This document shows positions 63,295 through 64,000 of a DNA stretch of 64,000 nucleotides, in pieces. Source of the DNA: Azolla caroliniana (Eukaryota; Plantae; Polypodiophyta); contig JBHGNT010000008.1 in NCBI GenBank assembly GCA_043228905.1, positions 2,232,001 through 2,296,000 of the forward strand, in the 5' to 3' direction. Every line of letters starts with the position of its first letter. Position 1 is the stretch's first letter. The notes beneath the pieces were generated by a model. It made no database searches, was not told the DNA's origin, and saw nothing but the letters and a program-made list of their open reading frames with translations. A program made the translations under genes and the position numbers.

Positions 63295-64000
63295 CCGCTT
63301 TCGTCCATCGAATCAATCGATCAAGTGAAGGAGGGTGGGAGGCTGGGCAGCCATAGCTTGATCCATGTCTGTGCTTCCTTGCTTCGATCTTGCACCAAGA
63401 AGAAGGACCTTCTGGCAGGAAGAAGAGCCCACTCCTTCATCATCTCTTCATGTGTTGACCACAATTTGCTGCTCTGCAATCTCCTCCTTCACATGTATGG
63501 AATATGCCGGTCACTTCAAGAAGTACTCTCTGTCTTTTCTAATATGCTTGAGCATGACAACTTTTCATGGAATTTTGCCATCAAGGCTTATTCGTCACAT
63601 GGGGAATGTGTCATGGCTCTCCAACTTGCGAAGACTATGGAAATTCAAGGATTTTTAATGGATAAGTATATATTTGCTAGCATTTTGAGTGCTGTTAAGC
63701 ATCGATCGGATGTTGGAATTGGCTTGTTTTTGCATTCTTGTTTCTATAGAACAGAATGTTGTGAAGATAGTGCTGTTTGCACTGCTCTTATCACTATGTA
63801 TGGTAACTGTGATCTGTTAGAACGTGCGAGGGATGTTTTTGACAGTATGAGAAACCATGATATCATCACTTGGACGGCTATGATTGCAGCGCTTTCGCAA
63901 TGTGGTTATGGAAATTTTGTTTTTTGCGTTTTTAATTGTATGATGCATCGAGGTTTGATCCCAGATGTGGTTTCTTTCATTAGCATTCTAGATGCTTTTG
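63295..64000 (+). CDS. PLS-class pentatricopeptide repeat protein (organellar RNA-editing factor type); runs off the window end, start codon unresolved
   Basis: Open frame from 63295 to the end: ASLLRSCTKKKDLLAGRRAHSFII..CNLLLHMYGICRSL..DNFSWNFAIKAY..DKYIFASILSA..CTALITMYGNCDLLERARDVFDSMRNHDIITWTAMIAA..PDVVSFISILDA. Absent from the ORF track because no stop falls in the window. In-frame TAG at 63292-63294; first in-frame ATG at 63493. Confidence 0.85.

Noticed and set aside
63365-63658. 97-aa ORF from the track
   Set aside because: Wrong frame; the PPR motifs lie in an overlapping frame that runs off the window.

Overview
Eukaryotic land-plant nuclear DNA, probably from a fern or another seed-free vascular plant. 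That assignment is inferred from a plastid-derived trnP-GGG remnant and unedited plastid codons. Manually spliced, apparently intact genes: casein kinase II beta subunit (-), IST1/Vps4-regulator (-), a small HAPSTR1/C16orf72-like protein (+), MIZ1-like DUF617 (-), a CHX cation/H+ exchanger (-) and a mitochondrial stomatin-like SPFH protein (+). A PLS-class PPR gene runs off the right end. Decayed genes: a p300/CBP-type (HAC) histone acetyltransferase at the left end and a PPR remnant. Mobile DNA: a full-length but mutated Ty1/copia element (LTRs, PBS, PPT, 5-bp TSD), three related hAT-type MITEs, a solo LTR, and LINE and gypsy fragments. The most notable hidden structure is a ~2.2 kb mosaic plastid insertion (ndhI, trnP-GGG, possibly ycf1, rpoC2 3' end, rps2) inside stomatin intron 1. 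It preserves apparent pre-RNA-editing codons. Also noted: gene-specific minisatellites in first introns, and a PPT-flanked in-frame extension of the copia Pol. All protein identities come from recalled motifs; no database search was run.
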